Below, in pieces: positions 26,287 to 39,171 of a DNA stretch of 64,000 nt. Below the pieces are notes generated by a model. It was not told the DNA's origin. It ran no database searches and worked only from the letters and a program-made list of their open reading frames with translations. Position numbers and translations under genes: made by a program. Where the stretch lies: contig OZ024740.1 of NCBI GenBank assembly GCA_964016885.1, positions 380,060,001-380,124,000 on the forward strand, in the 5' to 3' direction. Source of the DNA: Eledone cirrhosa. Taxonomy: Eukaryota. Within the stretch, counting starts at the first letter, position 1; each line of letters begins with the position of its first letter.

Positions 26287-29200
26287 ATGTCTAGAAAACG
26301 TTCCAGATCATTATATGGAAGGTCATCTTCAGAGGCTAAGAGAAAGAAAACACAGCTATCTGAAGAAAGTGAAGAAGTTCGGCATGCCCGTCTAGCTGCT
26401 AACAGAGCCCAAACAGCTTTAGCACGAGCACACCGTTTGGATGAAAGGGACCAAAAGACTGCTGCTACTATGAGAACAACAAATTAAGGAACAGCAGCAA
26501 ATCAGACGAAATGCTAATCAAGCACATCGTTCTACTGCCCGAGCAGGAGAACAAGCCACAAGTAAAATGAACTGGCTGATGGGTGCTTTTTCTTATGACC
26601 CCTAAAAGGACTACAGCATTAATCCACAAATCAACATTGGGAAAATGAACAAATGCTGCCAGTATTGTGGAGCCAAGAAGTGGGCAGCAGAAACACCAAG
26701 TCTATGCTGCTCAAAAGGCAAAGTGAGCCTTAAAACAATACAAGAACCTCCTGAATTTCTGAAGAATCTGCTCCTTCAGCATACACTAGAAGCACGACAC
26801 TTCAATAAATACATCATAAAATATAATTCTGCCTTTCAAATGATATCTTTTGGGGCTGACAGGAATGTGACTGACTTTAGATTCTGTACAACTTATACAA
26901 TTCAGGGATAGTGTTACCACTTAATGGGTGGCCTTCTGCCACTTTCACAGGAGCCTCACAAATTTGTGCAGGTTTACTTCATGGGTGGAAATGAAACACG
27001 GGCACAACAAAGATGAACCAATGTCCATGGTGGATTGCAGTTCTACATAGTCATAAAGTTACAAGAAATGTTTCACCAACATCACATGTACGTCAGTGTA
27101 TTTAAATATGCACTGCAGCATATGAACAACACCAGAGATCGTAAAATCATCATTAGGGCAGACAAACGCCCAGCTTCAGAACATGAACACAGATTCAATG
27201 CATCTGAAACTGACGAAGTTGCAATCATAATGGTTGATGAACAGCATGAACGACGTGACATTGTTTTGCAAAAACGAAGTGGACATTTGGAGGGAATTTG
27301 TGAAACTCATAGAGCCTATGATTCACTCCAATATCCGCTCATCTTTTGGAATGGTCAAGATGAATATCATTTTCAGCTACGGCAGATCAGCCCAAGAACG
27401 GGACAAGAAACTGGCCGATCAATCAGCTGCAAAGGATTCTATGCTTAACATTTCATGGTACGTGATCACTTCAACCAAGTTCTGCGATTCAAAGAAATAA
27501 CCAGCCAGTTCATGGTGGACATGTATGCCAAAATTGAAACAGAAAGATTGGGTTTTCTGCGAAGGAATAAAACTAAGTTGAGGGCAGATAACTACATCCA
27601 CCTTAGAGATGCTATCAATTCTGATGTTAACCCAAGAAATATTGGCCAGCCAGTCATACTACCATCAAGCTTCACGAGAGGACCACGTTACATGCATGAA
27701 CGTACGCAAGATTCAATGGCCTATGTCAGAAAATTTGGTCGGCCAGATCTCTTCATTACATTTACATGCAATTCAAACTGGTCAGAAATATCAAATGAAT
27801 TATTCCAAAATCAAAAACCAAAGGATCGACATGACCTCATTGCTCGGGTTTCCCATGAAAAGCAAAAAAAACAACAACTCATCTGGCTCCTAAAAGAAGG
27901 AAGAATCTTTGGTGAGCTTAGTGCTTGGATGATCACTATTGAGTGGCAGACGAGAGGTCTTCCTCACTCTCACACACTAATCTGGTGCAAGGAGAAGATA
28001 AGACCAGATGATGTTGATAAGATCATTTCAGCAGAGTTGCCTGATAAAGGTGGTGATCCAGAGCTCTTTGAAACCGTCAAGTCCAAACTCATTCATGGTC
28101 CATGTGGAATCATCAATCCAGCCTCTCCCTGCATGAAAGATAAAAAATGCAGCAAACATTATCCTAGAGATTTTATTCGGGAAACTCGGACTGACAATAA
28201 TGGATAACCCCTTTATCGTAGGCGTAGACCAGAACATGGAGGCAATACTGTAAGCCTAACAGTTCGAGGAGAGGAGCTGACCATAAACAATCAGTGAGTC
28301 GTCCCACACAACAAATTGTTGTATAAACTTTTAAAAGCTCATATCAATGTTGAGTATTGCAGCTCCGTCAAGGCAATCCTATATGTCACAAAATATATAT
28401 ACAATGGCAGTGACATGGCTACCTTTATTACTGACAAAGAACTCAATGTTGGTGGGTTGGATGAGGTCAAACGGTATCAAACAGGTCGATACATCTCTAG
28501 CAATGAAGCTATCTAGCGAATCTTTGGATTTCATATCCATCAACGCCACCCATGAGTGGTCAACCTCGCAGTCCATCTGGAAAATGGACAGATAGTGTAC
28601 TTCACTGAGATCACTGCTCATCAGTTGGCACAAGCATCACATGACACTACACTAAGGTCATGAAGTCAAGTCAAGTGATGCTATTGGGCGTGTTTACAAT
28701 GTCCATCCCAACAACAGAGGATGTTTTTATTTACGGCTACTTCTGCATACTGTTCGAGGACCAACGTCATTTGAGGATCTTAGGTGCTTCAGAGGAAGGG
28801 AGTGCGCAACACACCAATAAGCATGTAAATAATAGCATGGACTCCTGCATGACAATGGACACTGGAAGAAGTGCCTAGAAGAAGCAGCAATCACTCAAGT
28901 AGCCAGTCAAATAAGACAATTATTTGCTAGCATGTGGAATTGATGAAGCTCATCTACTCTGGCAGGAGTACAAAAACAATATGTCGGACGACTATCTACA
29001 CCTAGCCCGAAGACATCGTGGCAATATGTATATGGAATATACCCCCAGTATTTACAATCAAGCTCTCTGTGACCTGTCCCATCGAGTTCAGGCAATGAAT
29101 AGCACATTAGCTAACTGCGGGATGCCAGAGCCAGATGAAGAAATGGAGGTAGCACAAGACATTTTTCAGGAGACAAACTACGATATTCAAGCATTGCGTA

Positions 29201-30420
29201 AGTTTGTGGATGAAAATGAACCTCGATTGATGGATGACCAGAAATACGGCTACCACAACATCATCGAAAACTTTCAAAATGACAGGGGAGGACTTTTCTT
29301 CATCGATGTTCCTGCTGCCACAGGCAAGACATTCTTCATAAACCTCCTGCTTGCAAAAGTTCGCCAAAAGCAACATATTGTCCTTGCAGATGATCATTTG
29401 GGATGAAACTATGAGCCATAAAGGAGCAATTGAAGCTTTGGACTGGACGATAAGGGATCTGAGAGAAAATAGTTGCATAATGGGAGGAGTGACAATGGTT
29501 CTTGCTGGTGATTTCAAACAAACTCTGCCTGTAATTCTTCGAGGGATTCGAGCTGATCAGGTCAATGCCTGTCTGAAAACATCCTATCTCTGGCCCCACT
29601 TTCAGCTGCTGAGCCTTACAACCAACATGCGAGTGCACTTAACTGGTGACGAAGGTGTCAGTGAGTTTGCCATCCAACTACTTAAATTGGGAAATGGACT
29701 TCTTGAAAAGGACTCCAATGACCATATTCAGTTGTCATTTGGCCGTATCATTGACACAGAACAAGAACTGATTGCCAGAGTGTTTCCAAACATTCAAACC
29801 AGGCAATGTGATCCGAAATGGATCTGTGAATGAGCAATCTTAGCACCTAAAAATGTTGCTGTGAAAGAAATCAACAGAAGGCTGCTGGAGATGTTACCCG
29901 GAGAGAAAATATGCTACAAATCAGTTGACACAATCACTTCTCAAGACCAGGTTGTAAACTATCCAACTGAATTTTTGAACAGTCTTAAACAAGCGGGAAT
30001 TCCTCCACACAACCTGATACTGAAGCTTGGAGCATCGGTTATGCTACTTCGCAATCTGGATCCTCCAAAACTTTGGCACAAGACTCATCATCAAACATGA
30101 TGTCCAATGTTCTGGAAGTTGCAATCATGTCAGGAAAATTTGCTGGTGACAATTGTTTCATTACCAGAATACCTCTGAAGCCAATTGATTTGCCATTTGA
30201 ATTTCAAAGACTTCAATTTCCGATCAGGCTCAGTTTAGCCATGACCATTAATAAATCTCAAAGGCAACCATTGAAAGTCGTTGGGTTGAATCTGGCAGAT
30301 CCTGTTTTTCACATGGTCAACTCTTTGTTGTCACAAGGTTGGGAACCCTGGTTGTCTCTTCATTTTGGCACTACAGAGCAAAGCCAAGAATGTTGTTTAT
30401 CCAGAGGCTTTGGAATGAGC
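26287..30420 (+). pseudogene. Helitron RepHel (HUH Rep plus PIF1-like helicase) with many stops and frameshifts
   Basis: CQYCGAKKW..CCSKGK zinc motif; ILPSSF.RGPRYM; RPDLFITFTCN; EWQTRGLPHSH (HUH); YVTKY; DVPAATGKT; IIWDE; GDFKQTLPV; AMTINKSQ. Confidence 0.95.
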
Positions 30421-31113
30421 CAAGTCGTAATTCCTCATTCAATGACAATACACACAGATCCTAATTCCTTAGTCATGTAGTTTTCAAGGAATTCTGAAGC
30501 CGCAAATTTACTGCATGGTGTTACTTTGGAAGAATATGCAGGCATTCCCGGGTACCTCTGCTATATAAAGTAGTATAAGTGAGGACTTTGTTGGGTAGAA
30601 ATAGCAGCCAAATTTCCTTCAAATCCCGCCTTACTTTCTCAGGTATGTATATATGTATGAAGCAAAAAGGAATCGTTCTATGTGATAACTCGATCTACTA
30701 TAAATATTAGCAAAATCCATTTCAAATCACAAACACTGTCTTACACACATACATGTGTGTGTATGTATCTATGTATGTCATGTGAGCCACTATAACTGTT
30801 GCTATAGCTAATAGAAATATAAAACAAATCTCCCTCAAACAAGATCCTACTGCCATAGAGGCAAAGATTGGTGAAAGCTACAGTGTACAAATTTAAATAC
30901 ACTTTCCCCGAATTACAGAAATGAGTAAGTAAATGCTTCATTCAATCATAAACCAATGCTAAATTTATTTTCTTATTTTATTTATGGTTTTCAAATAATC
31001 TTTACATGTTGTTTGAATTTCAGAGGTTCAGATTGAGCAAAAAAAAAAAAGAAAGAAAAGGATAAATAAAAAAAATCTAAATGTATTTTTTGGGTCATGC
31101 CCTTTTCACTGAC

Positions 31114-31296
31114 AGGGGAATTGGCAGTATCGGTAGAGGGTCGGACATGCTTTCCAGCATAGTTACGTCCCTTTACGATCTGAGTTCAAATCCCGCTGAG
31201 GTTAACTTTGCCTTTCATCCTTACGAGGTCGATAAAATAAGTACCAGTAATGTACTAGGTAATTGTTGGCCTTGTACCAAAAGTAGAAACAATTAT
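31114..31296 (+). mobile_element. tRNA-derived SINE, family A
   Basis: Homologous to 16360-16548. Confidence 0.8.
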
Positions 31297-31685
31297 ATAT
31301 GCTGACTGTAATAGGGAGCAGTAAAAATCACCACTGGAAAAACTAATATTTTCATCTAGATGATTTACTTTGACCAAACGGCAATAAATATTCTGCTATA
31401 ATTCCTACTTTGGTTAAAATTCAGCAATCATATTTGAATGGTCAAATATTTTGTAATGTGTGCCAAATATATTGTAACTTTCATAAAATACCCGGGTATC
31501 ACCGGGTAGCTCAGCTAATATATATATATATATACATACACACTTCCGTTCTCAGTACAGCCTCACTCGGGTTGAAAATCCGCTAGGTGAAACGCGCAAC
31601 CCCCAGTATGGTTTGCTAATTTGTTGTAAAACTTTTAATTTCACTGCCCCAACTTCTTATATTATGGAAAAAATATATGTGTCTG

Positions 31686-31934
31686 TATGTATATATATAT
31701 ATATATATTTGAAGGCCATTTCTCTGTGTGTGGGTGTATGTATGTGTGTGTGTGTGTGTGTATGTGTGTGCATGTGGATGTATGTATTGTGTGTGCGTGT
31801 GTGTGTGTGTGTGTATATATATGTGTGTGTATGTGTGTATATATATGTGTGGGTGTGTGTATGTTTGTATGTGTGTATGTATATATATATGTGTGTGTGT
31901 GTGTATATATATATGTGTGTGTATGTATGTGTGG

Positions 31935-31966
<32 letters not shown>

Positions 31967-31969
31967 GTG

Positions 31970-32000
<31 letters not shown>

Positions 32001-32041
32001 ATGTATGTGTGTATCTGGATGTATGTGTATGTATATATATA

Positions 32042-32090
<49 letters not shown>
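31686..32090. repeat. Compound (TG)/(TA) microsatellite
   Basis: Seen directly. Other long tracts: 9145-9240, 11363-11535, 16660-16830, 18046-18170, 18911-19040, 19402-19480, 24585-24752, 37105-37280, 42007-42069, 51344-51511, 52760-53230, 53821-53896, 59169-59253, 61955-62015, 62188-62350. Confidence 0.98.
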
Positions 32091-32094
<4 letters not shown>

Positions 32095-35000
32095 ATAAAT
32101 GCTCTGAAATAGCGATATATATGTGAATATAGACATAGAATATTCGAAAATATTCTGTATGTTTATAATAAACATTTTGAAGACCTAATCGCTATAGAAT
32201 AGAATACGTCACGTATTACAATTAGATTCTCGATAAAAGCAAGGGAAGTAATCTACGCGTTTCATTCTTATTAGAAATCTTCAGGACTACATATCCAGTG
32301 CTTTTATCGAGAATGACACAGCTAGAGACTTATAGAATACTTAGCTGTGTACAGGAACTGGTTTGAAAGAGCGGTTGCCGGTCCGGCAGAAATTAGAAAT
32401 TGGAATAAATGCTCTGAAATAGCGATATATATGTGAATATAGACATAGAATATTCGAAAATATTCTGTATGTTTATAATAAACATTTTGAAGACCTAATC
32501 GCTATAGAATAGAATACGTCACGTATTACAATTAGATTCTCGATAAAAGCAAGGGAAGTAATCTACGCGTTTCATTCTTATTAGAAATCTTCAGGACTAC
32601 ATATCCAGTGCTTTTATCGAGAATGACACAGCTAGAGACTTATAGAATACTTAGCTGTGTACAGGAACTGGTTTGAAAGAGCGGTTGCCGGTCCGGCAGA
32701 AATTAGAAATTGGAATAAATGCTCTGAAATAGCGATATATATGTGAATATAGACATAGAATATTCGAAAATATTCTGTATGTTTATAATAAACATTTTGA
32801 AGACCTAATCGCTATAGAATAGAATACGTCACGTATTACAATTAGATTCTCGATAAAAGCAAGGGAAGTAATCTACGCGTTTCATTCTTATTAGAAATCT
32901 TCAGGACTACATATCCAGTGCTTTTATCGAGAATGACACAGCTAGAGACTTATAGAATACTTAGCTGTGTACAGGAACTGGTTTGAAAGAGCGGTTGCCG
33001 GTCCGGCAGAAATTAGAAATTGGAATAAATGCTCTGAAATAGCGATTTTCGAATATTCTATGTCTATATTCACATATATATCGCTATTTCAGAGCATTTA
33101 TTCCAATTTCTAATTTCTGCCGGACCGGCAACCGCTCTTTCAAACCAGTTCCTGTACACAGCTAAGTATTCTATAAGTCTCTAGCTGTGTCATTCTCGAT
33201 AAAAGCACTGGATATGTAGTCCTGAAGATTTCTAATAAGAATGAAACGCGTAGATTACTTCCCTTGCTTTTATCGAGAATCTAATTGTAATACGTGACGT
33301 ATTCTATTCTATAGCGATTAGGTCTTCAAAATGTTTATTATAAACATACAGAATATTTTCGAATATTCTATGTCTATATTCACATATATATCGCTATTTC
33401 AGAGCATTTATTCCAATTTCTAATTTCTGCCGGACCGGCAACCGCTCTTTCAAACCAGTTCCTGTACACAGCTAAGTATTCTATAAGTCTCTAGCTGTGT
33501 CATTCTCGATAAAAGCACTGAATATGTAGTCCTGAAGATTTCTAATAAGAATGAAACGCGTAGATTACTTCCCTTGCTTTTATCGAGAATCTAATTGTAA
33601 TACGTGACGTATTCTATTCTATAGCGATTAGGTCTTCAAAATGTTTATTATAAACATACAGAATATTTTCGAATATTCTATGTCTATATTCACATATATA
33701 TCGCTATTTCAGAGCATTTATTCCAATTTCTAATTTCTGCCGGACCGGCAACCGCTCTTTCAAACCAGTTCCTGTACACAGCTAAGTATTCTATAAGTCT
33801 CTAGCTGTGTCATTCTCGATAAAAGCACTGGATATGTAGTCCTGAAGATTTCTAATAAGAATGAAACGCGTAGATTACTTCCCTTGCTTTTATCGAGAAT
33901 CTAATTGTAATACGTGACGTATTCTATTCTATAGCGATTAGGTCTTCAAAATGTTTATTATAAACATACAGAATATTTTCGAATATTCTATGTCTATATT
34001 CACATATATATCGCTATTTCAGAGCATTTATTCCAATTTCTAATTTCTGCCGGACCGGCAACCGCTCTTTCAAACCAGTTCCTGTACACAGCTAAGTATT
34101 CTATAAGTCTCTAGCTGTGTCATTCTCGATAAAAGCACTGGATATGTAGTCCTGGAGATTTCTAATAAGAATGAAACGCGTAGATTACTTCCCTTGCTTT
34201 TATCGAGAATCTAATTGTAATACGTGACGTATTCTATTCTATAGCGATTAGGTCTTCAAAATGTTTATTATAAACATACAGAATATTTTCGAATATTCTA
34301 TGTCTATATTCACATATATATCGCTATTTCAGAGCATTTATTCCAATTTCTAATTTCTGCCGGACCGGCAACCGCTCTTTCAAACCAGTTCCTGTACACA
34401 GCTAAGTATTCTATAAGTCTCTAGCTGTGTCATTCTCGATAAAAGCACTGGATATGTAGTCCTGAAGATTTCTAATAAGAATGAAACGCGTAGATTACTT
34501 CCCTTGCTTTTATCGAGAATCTAATTGTAATACGTGACGTATTCTATTCTATAGCGATTAGGTCTTCAAAATGTTTATTATAAACATACAGAATATTTTC
34601 GAATATTCTATGTCTATATTCACATATATATCGCTATTTCAGAGCATTTATTCCAATTTCTAATTTCTGTCGGACCGGCAACCGCTCTTTCAAACCAGTT
34701 CCTGTACACAGCTAAGTATTCTATAAGTCTCTAGCTGTGTCATTCTCGATAAAAGCACTGGATATGTAGTGCTGAAGATTTCTAATAAGAATGAAACGCG
34801 TAGATTACTTCCCTTGCTTTTATCGAGAATCTAATTGTAATACGTGACGTATTCTATTCTATAGCGATTAGTTCTTCAAAATGTTTATTATAAACATACA
34901 GAATATTTTCGAATATTCTATGTCTATATTCACATATATATCGCTATTTCAGAGCATTTATTCCAATTTCTAATTTCTGCCGGACCGGCAACCGCTCTTT

Positions 35001-37110
35001 CAAACCAGTTCCTGTACACAGCTAAGTATTCTATAAGTCTCTAGCTGTGTCATTCTCGATAAAAGCACTGGATATGTAGTCCTGAAGATTTCTAATAAGA
35101 ATGAAACGCGTAGATTACTTCCCTTGCTTTTATCGAGAATCTAATTGTAATATGTGACGTATTCTATTCTATAGCGATTAGGTCTTCAAAATGTTTATTA
35201 TAAACATACAGAATATTTTCGAATATTCTATGTCTATATTCACATATATATCGCTATTTCAGAGCATTTATTCCAATTTCTAATTTCTGCCGGACCGGCA
35301 ACCGCTCTTTCAAACCAGTTCCTGTACACAGCTAAGTATTCTATAAGTCTCTAGCTGTGTCATTCTCGATAAAAGCACTGAATATGTAGTCCTGAAGATT
35401 TCTAATAAGAATGAAACGCGTAGATTACTTCCCTTGCTTTTATCGAGAATCTAATTGTAATACGTGACGTATTCTATTCTATAGCGATTAGGTCTTCAAA
35501 ATGTTTATTATAAACATACAGAATATTTTCGAATATTCTATGTCTATATTCACATATATATCGCTATTTCAGAGCATTTATTCCAATTTCTAATTTCTGC
35601 CGGACCGGCAACCGCTCTTTCAAACCAGTTCCTGTACACAGCTAAGTATTCTATAAGTCTCTAGCTGTGTCATTCTCGATAAAAGCACTGAATATGTAGT
35701 CCTGAAGATTTCTAATAAGAATGAAACGCGTAGATTACTTCCCTTGCTTTTATCGAGAATCTAATTGTAATACGTGACGTATTCTATTCTATAGCGATTA
35801 GGTCTTCAAAATGTTTATTATAAACATACAGAATATTTTCGAATATTCTATGTCTATATTCACATATATATCGCTATTTCAGAGCATTTATTCCAATTTC
35901 TAATTTCTGCCGGACCGGCAACCGCTCTTTCAAACCAGTTCCTGTACACAGCTAAGTATTCTATAAGTCTCTAGCTGTGTCATTCTCGATAAAAGCACTG
36001 GATATGTAGTCCTGAAGATTTCTAATAAGAATGAAACGCGTAGATTACTTCCCTTGCTTTTATCGAGAATCTAATTGTAATACGTGACGTATTCTATTCT
36101 ATAGCGATTAGGTCTTCAAAATGTTTATTATAAACATACAGAATATTTTCGAATATTCTATGTCTATATTCACATATATATCGCTATTTCAGAGCATTTA
36201 TTCCAATTTCTAATTTCTGCCGGACCGGCAACCGCTCTTTCAAACCAGTTCCTGTACACAGCTAAGTATTCTATAAGTCTCTAGCTGTGTCATTCTCGAT
36301 AAAAGCACTGGATATGTAGTCCTGAAGATTTCTAATAAGAATGAAACGCGTAGATTACTTCCCTTGCTTTTATCGAGAATCTAATTGTAATACGTGACGT
36401 ATTCTATTCTATAGCGATTAGGTCTTCAAAATGTTTATTATAAACATACAGAATATTTTCGAATATTCTATGTCTATATTCACATATATATCGCTATTTC
36501 AGAGCATTTATTCCAATTTCTAATTTCTGCCGGACCGGCAACCGCTCTTTCAAACCAGTTCCTGTACACAGCTAAGTATTCTATAAGTCTCTAGCTGTGT
36601 CATTCTCGATAAAAGCACTGGATATGTAGTCCTGAAGATTTCTAATAAGAATGAAACGCGTAGATTACTTCCCTTGCTTTTATCGAGAATCTAATTGTAA
36701 TACGTGACGTATTCTATTCTATAGCGATTAGGTCTTCAAAATGTTTATTATAAACATACAGAATATTTTCGAATATTCTATGTCTATATTCACATATATA
36801 TCGCTATTTCAGAGCATTTATTCCAATTTCTAATTTCTGCCGGACCGGCAACCGCTCTTTCAAACCAGTTCCTGTACACAGCTAAGTATTCTATAAGTCT
36901 CTAGCTGTGTCATTCTCGATAAAAGCACTGGATATGTAGTCCTGAATATTTCTAATAAGAATGAAATGCGTAGATTACTTCCCTTGCTTTTATCGAGAAT
37001 CTAATTGTAATACGTGACGTATTCTATTCTATAGCGATTAGGTCTTCAAAATGTTTATTATAAACATACAGAATATTTTCGAATATTCTATGTCTATATT
37101 CACATATATA
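32091..37110. repeat. Tandem array of 310-bp hammerhead-containing monomers: 3 inverted copies followed by 13 forward copies
   Basis: TGGAATAAATGCTC recurs at 32091, 32401, 32711 and 33021; orientation flips at about 33046; GAATATTCTA then recurs every 310 bp from 33051 to 37081. Confidence 0.98.
33192..33280 (+). ncRNA. Minimal type I hammerhead ribozyme (representative; repeats every 310 bp to about 37000, plus 3 minus-strand copies in 32091-33046)
   Basis: GTAGTC-CTGAAGA-tTTCTaataAGAAt-GAAA-CGCG-TA-GATTAC, enclosed by the perfect 16-bp stem ATTCTCGATAAAAGCA / TGCTTTTATCGAGAAT. Confidence 0.85.
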
Positions 37111-37747
37111 TATATATGTGTGTGTGTGTATGTGTATATATGTGTGTGTGTGTATGTGTGTATGTGTGTATGTATATGTATGTGTGTGTGTATGTATGTG
37201 TGTATATGTATATATATGTATATATATATATGTATATGTATATGTATGTATGTGTGGATGAAGGTATGTGTGTATATATAGGTGTAAGTGCACTAAATCC
37301 CTTTCTATCACGCTCCACTCTCCTACCCATCACAGGAAGATATGTGTATGTATATTGCTTCCACCCCCTCACTGACCAACAGCTGGCCAGTTGGTGATTG
37401 CTAAATCTGACCTTTATAAAATAACCCACACCCCAAATAACTTCTCATTCACTACCAGAAAGGGACACAGCAGTCAACCTATTGTTGCTACCTAGATGAA
37501 AACTGCTATGAAATCCCACAATGAATTTTATACTTGAATTTTCAAGTCTCAAATTTTAACTCTTCGTATTATTAATTTTTCTTAATATTAATCAACATTT
37601 GAAAAGATGGCTTTTGCAGACCCATCGAAACCGGTCATTTTTTATACCCTTTATTATTTCCTTACCTTATAAAATTATATTTTTTCACAAAAAAGTATTC
37701 TGTCTCTTATATATTCCATGTGCCATTACCAACCTCAATTTTCTCTA

Positions 37748-37794
<47 letters not shown>

Positions 37795-37799
<5 letters not shown>

Positions 37800-37985
37800 A
37801 ACGAGTATGACCCGACGGCAGAGCTCAAGCCGTTTCGACGGCTAATTCTGTCCAGAATTAGCCGTCGAAACGGGTTGAGCTCTGCCGTCGGGGTCATACT
37901 TGTTCCTATTGCCCACTCTACTACCCTAAGTATTGAGTACTTTGGTGCGTTATGGTCCATCTGGTTCCTTACCACATTTCCTTCG

Positions 37986-37988
<3 letters not shown>
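37795..37988 (+). mobile_element. Truncated PLE pLTR fragment forming a roughly 55-bp-arm hairpin plus tail
   Basis: Inverted repeat 37795-37909 containing the 3' half of a hammerhead (GAAACGG..CCGTC); same family as 47624-48253; in (TA)n. Confidence 0.7.
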
Positions 37989-38028
<40 letters not shown>

Positions 38029-39171
38029 CACATATACTTGTGTGTGTGTGTGTGTGTGTCTGTGTGTCTGTGTGTGCATACACTAACCATTTGAATTCTA
38101 CTCAAAATTATTTATCAATCAATGACTACAATCAAAATCACTTGCCCCATTTGCTTCAGTGGGCTCGAACTCAGTCCACGTTGTTGGAAACCGTACAATA
38201 TAAATACAAGGTCATGCCTACACTTATTTTATTTATTGATACATAGTGAATGGATGACCCATATCTGCTATTTACAATGTACATTCAGACAAACAAGGTA
38301 AATGTTTGCAAATGATATTGAGGTTTATGTATTACAGCAACGGAACAGTACAGCTGTTGTTGTGGTTCATGTTGTTGTTGTTGTTGTTGATGTTGCAGCT
38401 GCTGCTGTTGTTGTTGTTGCTGTTAATGATTTTGTAGTTCCCGTTTAACATCAACTCACTCCTACGCAGAGGGACCTATAATATATCACATGTGTTCCAG
38501 ACGGGACCATCTCGTCTCTTATTCAGGCACAGTTTTCCTACGATTATATTATCTAATGTACATCTTTTTACAGGGTAGAGTATAATTTGCGTGAGATTTG
38601 GCAGTTATAGCTAGAAGGGTGTGCTACCTCAAAATTAGACGAACTTGTTTTATCCATTGCAAATGAACAAATACCCAAGTTTAATGGTTCAATGAAGTAA
38701 AGGCACTGAATGACATTCTTAATACGTACCTCTGCAGCCTGTTGCCTCAACATGCTGGTTAATAGATTATATAAACTTACTGATACATTCCCGAATGCAA
38801 TGTACCACATATTGGCAATAGCATATTATAATTTCCACTAAGCCTTTACAGATTCAGCTATATGTATAAAATCTATCGTTTCTTTCTAAGATCGGAACAG
38901 CAAAGGCATTGTATATGAGAGATGTTGTATGTATGTATGTATGGTCCCGTAACTCCTGATGAAGTCATGGGGCGTCCTATTAGCACAATGTGACCTTCTA
39001 TGACGTCAGTATTATTGTACTCTTTAATCAACAAGTTACTGACCATGTGACGATCTGCTTACCTAATAATTCTGCTGGCGAAAAGAGAAAGAAAGAAAGA
39101 TATATGAAAAGAAGCAAAGTAGACAACAACGCCAAAAAAAGAACATTGTAAGAGGTATATGAAGAAAAGAT

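Larger units (their letters stand above)
24750..30563 (+). mobile_element. Decayed autonomous Helitron
   Basis: Rep-helicase pseudogene; degenerate 3' hairpin and CTA(G) end at 30535-30563; Helitron-like 5' subterminal sequence near 24750 (5' limit approximate). Confidence 0.8.

Noticed and set aside
32091-37110. CRISPR array, rDNA or snRNA tandem cluster, or SECIS element as an explanation of the 310-bp array
   Set aside because: No variable spacers and no recognisable 5S, snRNA or tRNA sequence. The ATGA-stem on the minus strand lacks the 3' GA of a SECIS quartet.
38958-39010. CTGATGA-AGTCAT...ATGAC as a hammerhead upstream of the CRE element
   Set aside because: No GAAA or helix III follows.
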